From contig JAXMNT010000005.1 in assembly GCA_034670305.1 (NCBI GenBank), forward strand, positions 64,001 through 128,000: a DNA stretch of 64,000 nt. The letters are read 5' to 3'. A program made the position numbers and the translations under genes. Below, in pieces: positions 59,854 through 64,000 of the stretch. Every line of letters starts with the position of its first letter. Position 1 is the first letter of the stretch. This stretch comes from Deltaproteobacteria bacterium (GTDB taxonomy: Bacteria > Myxococcota_A > Polyangia > Polyangiales > Houyiibacteriaceae). The notes under the pieces were generated by a model. The model made no database searches. It was given only the letters and a program-made list of their open reading frames with translations, and was not told the DNA's origin.

Positions 59854-59889
59854 ACCTGACACCTCGACCTGCGGGTCGAGGTGTCGGGT
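59854..59889 (+). terminator. Strong 16-bp hairpin after the RNA array (terminator or processing/stability element)
   Basis: ACCTGACACCTCGACC-TGCG-GGTCGAGGTGTCGGGT; no clean U-tract. Confidence 0.45.
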
Positions 59890-59947
59890 CGCTTGGGTTT
59901 CGAAGCATCGGACACGTTCCGAAGCCGGTTCTCGGCATCGGAACGCG

Positions 59948-60080
59948 GAGTCGGTTTCCGGCTTCGGACTCGGCTTCGGCTTCGGCTTCGGCTTCGGATT
60001 CGGCTTCGGCTTCGGCTTCGGCTTCGGCTTCGGCTTCGGCTTCGTATTCGGCTTCGGTTTCGGCTTCGGTTTCGGTTTCC
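59948..60080. repeat. (TCGGCT)n tract
   Basis: Directly visible. Confidence 0.92.
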
Positions 60081-60119
60081 GCCTCTGTTTCCGCGACCGC
60101 GACCGCTCTTGGGCGATGA

Positions 60120-61694
<1,575 letters not shown>

Positions 61695-61900
61695 GCGGCT
61701 GCGTCCTCTACACCTCCCACCGTGACCGCCGTCGCCGTTCCACCGAACGGCGGCGGCGGCATCACGCATGGTCGGCCGACGGGCAGTGCGCCCTCGGTCT
61801 TCTCTCGGACGCCGCGCGCAGCGGCGGGGCACGTACCAGCAGCACGTGTCGCGACGCTGCGCGCGGCGCCCGACCACAACGGCTCCGGTGCGCGAGACGG

Positions 61901-61960
61901 ACTGCGTTTCGACCGGACGACACTGCGTTTCACCGGACGACACCGCGTTTCGACCGGACA
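61901..61960 (+). repeat. Three 19-21-bp direct repeats ACYGCGTTTC(G)ACCGGAC
   Basis: 61901-21, 61922-41, 61942-60. Confidence 0.85.
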
Positions 61961-62089
61961 GCGTTTCGGAGAATTTCGAAGCGACGTTTCGGAGGGACCA
62001 CACAGCGCTTCGAAGCAGCGCTTCGCGAACAGCCGCCGTTCCAAACCTTCGTGCGTGGTCCGCCACGCACACCACCTCAGGAGGTCGTC

Positions 62090-62911
62090 ATGACCCAGAC
62101 CCAGATGCACAACGCCTACCGCCTGGCCGCCGCCGCGGTCCGTCGCCGCTACCTCGAGCAGCGCCCCGCCACGCTTGACGCACTCGATGCGCTCGCGCGT
62201 GGACACGTCGGGGTGCTCAAGGGCACGTACGACTCCGTCGAGCACGTGCTCGAGGCGCTGGGTGTGCCGTTCGAGATGAACCCGAAGAAGCTGACGCCCA
62301 AGTCGGGCAAGAAGGTCGTCTTCGCGAACTGCGCGAGCGCCTACACGCCCGAGCTCGTGTCCGACATCGAACGGTCGGTGCGCGAAGGTGCGCTGCTCGT
62401 GAGCTCGGACTGGGCGCTCGGCCGGCTCATCCAGGTCGGTTTCCCCGGCACGATCCGCAAGGCGCCGAAGGGCTCCAAGGACGAGGTCGTGGGCGTCGAG
62501 CCCACGCTCGACGGCATCTGGTCGGAGATCGTCGTGCTTGGTGCCGACCCGCAGTGGTGGCTCGAAGGCGGCAGCGAAGCGATCGAGGTTCTCGACCACG
62601 AGCGCGTGCGCGTCGAAGCGTCCAGCCACGAGATGCTGTGCAGCTACGACGCGTCGCCGGTCGCGGCGAGCTTCGACTGGCACGCAGGCCGCGTGTTCCA
62701 CGTGGTCAGCCACTTCTGGCTCAAGCGCACCCGCGCCGCGACGCCGGCGACGGCGGCCGACTTCCTCCGGCGCGGCATGCGCCTGAGCGAAGAGGGCATC
62801 GAGAAGGTCTTCGCGACCTCCAAGGTGCCGAAGGACCAGATCGACTTCGCGTCGCTTCAGAGCGCCGCGACGTCGACCGAACTGGTCGCGCGCCTGGTCG
62901 CGGAGGCGTGA
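62090..62911 (+). CDS. Hypothetical protein, class-I glutamine-amidotransferase-like fold suspected
   Basis: [44 protein letters not shown] pattern. Confidence 0.6.
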   Translation: MTQTQMHNAYRLAAAAVRRRYLEQRPATLDALDALARGHVGVLKGTYDSVEHVLEALGVPFEMNPKKLTPKSGKKVVFANCASAYTPELVSDIERSVREGALLVSSDWALGRLIQVGFPGTIRKAPKGSKDEVVGVEPTLDGIWSEIVVLGADPQWWLEGGSEAIEVLDHERVRVEASSHEMLCSYDASPVAASFDWHAGRVFHVVSHFWLKRTRAATPATAADFLRRGMRLSEEGIEKVFATSKVPKDQIDFASLQSAATSTELVARLVAEA

Positions 62912-62952
62912 TCGAGAGGGCGGCGCTCCCGAAGGGGGCGCCCGCCATCTCG

Positions 62953-63240
<288 letters not shown>

Positions 63241-63261
63241 ATCACCGAAAGCCCATTCCCC

Positions 63262-64000
63262 ATGACCCACGTTCTCGATCTCATCGATCGGCTCGCCAAG
63301 CGCGAGGCCGAGTTCGCGCAGCGGCGGTTCCTCGCGCCGTGTGTGCCGGGGGCCAAGCTGCGTGTGCGCATCGATGGACTCGTGCACGAGGTTCGGCCGA
63401 ACCCGGCGGGCTTCGCGGGGTGGGGGGTGTTTCAGGCGATCGACGCGAAGCGCGCGCAGCTCGTGGCGCGTCCGGAAGCGTCGTCGATCGAGCGGTACCT
63501 CGGGGCGCTCGATCTCGTGCGCTTGCACCTCGTCTCGCAGGCGCGCGGTCGCGCGTGGTGGGCGGTGCCCGTCGGCGCGGAGGCGTTGCGGGTGCGGTAC
63601 GGATTGACGGCTCCGGTCGTCGTCCACCTCACGCGGGATGCCACCCAGTTCGAGACGGTGCAGGCACGCTTCGACGGCGCGAACTTCTGGTACGCCGGAC
63701 CGGAGTACCTCGCGGATCCGGTGCTCGCCGAGACCCTTCGCGACGCGCTTCAGACGTGGATCGAAGCGCCTCGGGCAGCGCATCTGACGCCGGAGCTCCT
63801 GCACGCCTACGCGCTCGCGTTTGGCATCCAGGCCGAGGCCCGGGCCAAGAAGCTCGCCGCAGAAGTCGCCGAACGTCGCAAGACGGTCGACGGCCGCATC
63901 GAGCACGCGCTGCACGTCGGTGGCGGCACGCTCATCGGGCACCGCGAGGCGCACGGTGCGCTTCAGGTGGAGTGGCGGGACCGCCACGGCCACCGCCACA
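63262..64000 (+). CDS. Hypothetical protein, truncated by the window end ([28 protein letters not shown]...)
   Basis: Open frame from ATG 63262 to the end, absent from the ORF track because it has no stop; normal codon bias; same strand as the TROVE-vWA operon. Confidence 0.75.
   Translation, partial: MTHVLDLIDRLAKREAEFAQRRFLAPCVPGAKLRVRIDGLVHEVRPNPAGFAGWGVFQAIDAKRAQLVARPEASSIERYLGALDLVRLHLVSQARGRAWWAVPVGAEALRVRYGLTAPVVVHLTRDATQFETVQARFDGANFWYAGPEYLADPVLAETLRDALQTWIEAPRAAHLTPELLHAYALAFGIQAEARAKKLAAEVAERRKTVDGRIEHALHVGGGTLIGHREAHGALQVEWRDRHGHRH

Overview
GC-rich bacterial DNA whose gene content points to Myxococcota, probably Polyangiales/Sandaracinus-like (inferred from Cys-rich lipoproteins, a Ser/Thr kinase, a Myxococcus-type LexA box and a PilH-like ABC ATPase). 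Positions 1-58.3 kb are mostly housekeeping and accessory genes: a HerA-like ATPase, AlkD-like and Fpg/Nei glycosylases, msrA, an Npt/HEAT transporter, an OprO/P porin, a cobalamin riboswitch with a TonB receptor, and a LexA-boxed imuA-imuB-dnaE2 cassette. These are interspersed with a distinctive family of hexamer repeat tracts, (TCGGCT)n and (GGGCAA)n. The standout locus is 58.6-64 kb. It encodes a 66-aa ubiquitin-like protein ending in Gly, then a ~1-kb array of five tRNA-derived ncRNA units, a divergent TROVE/Ro60-like vWA protein, a GATase-like protein and a conserved protein running off the window. All five RNA units share one bulged helix (CCTCA-like loop / stem / TACAYAC). The helix is grafted onto the tRNA body in three different topologies: a circularly permuted YrlA-like unit, a tRNA(CAT) interrupted in its anticodon stem, and tRNA bodies whose acceptor stem is replaced. 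All protein calls come from motif recognition by eye, and no database searches were run.
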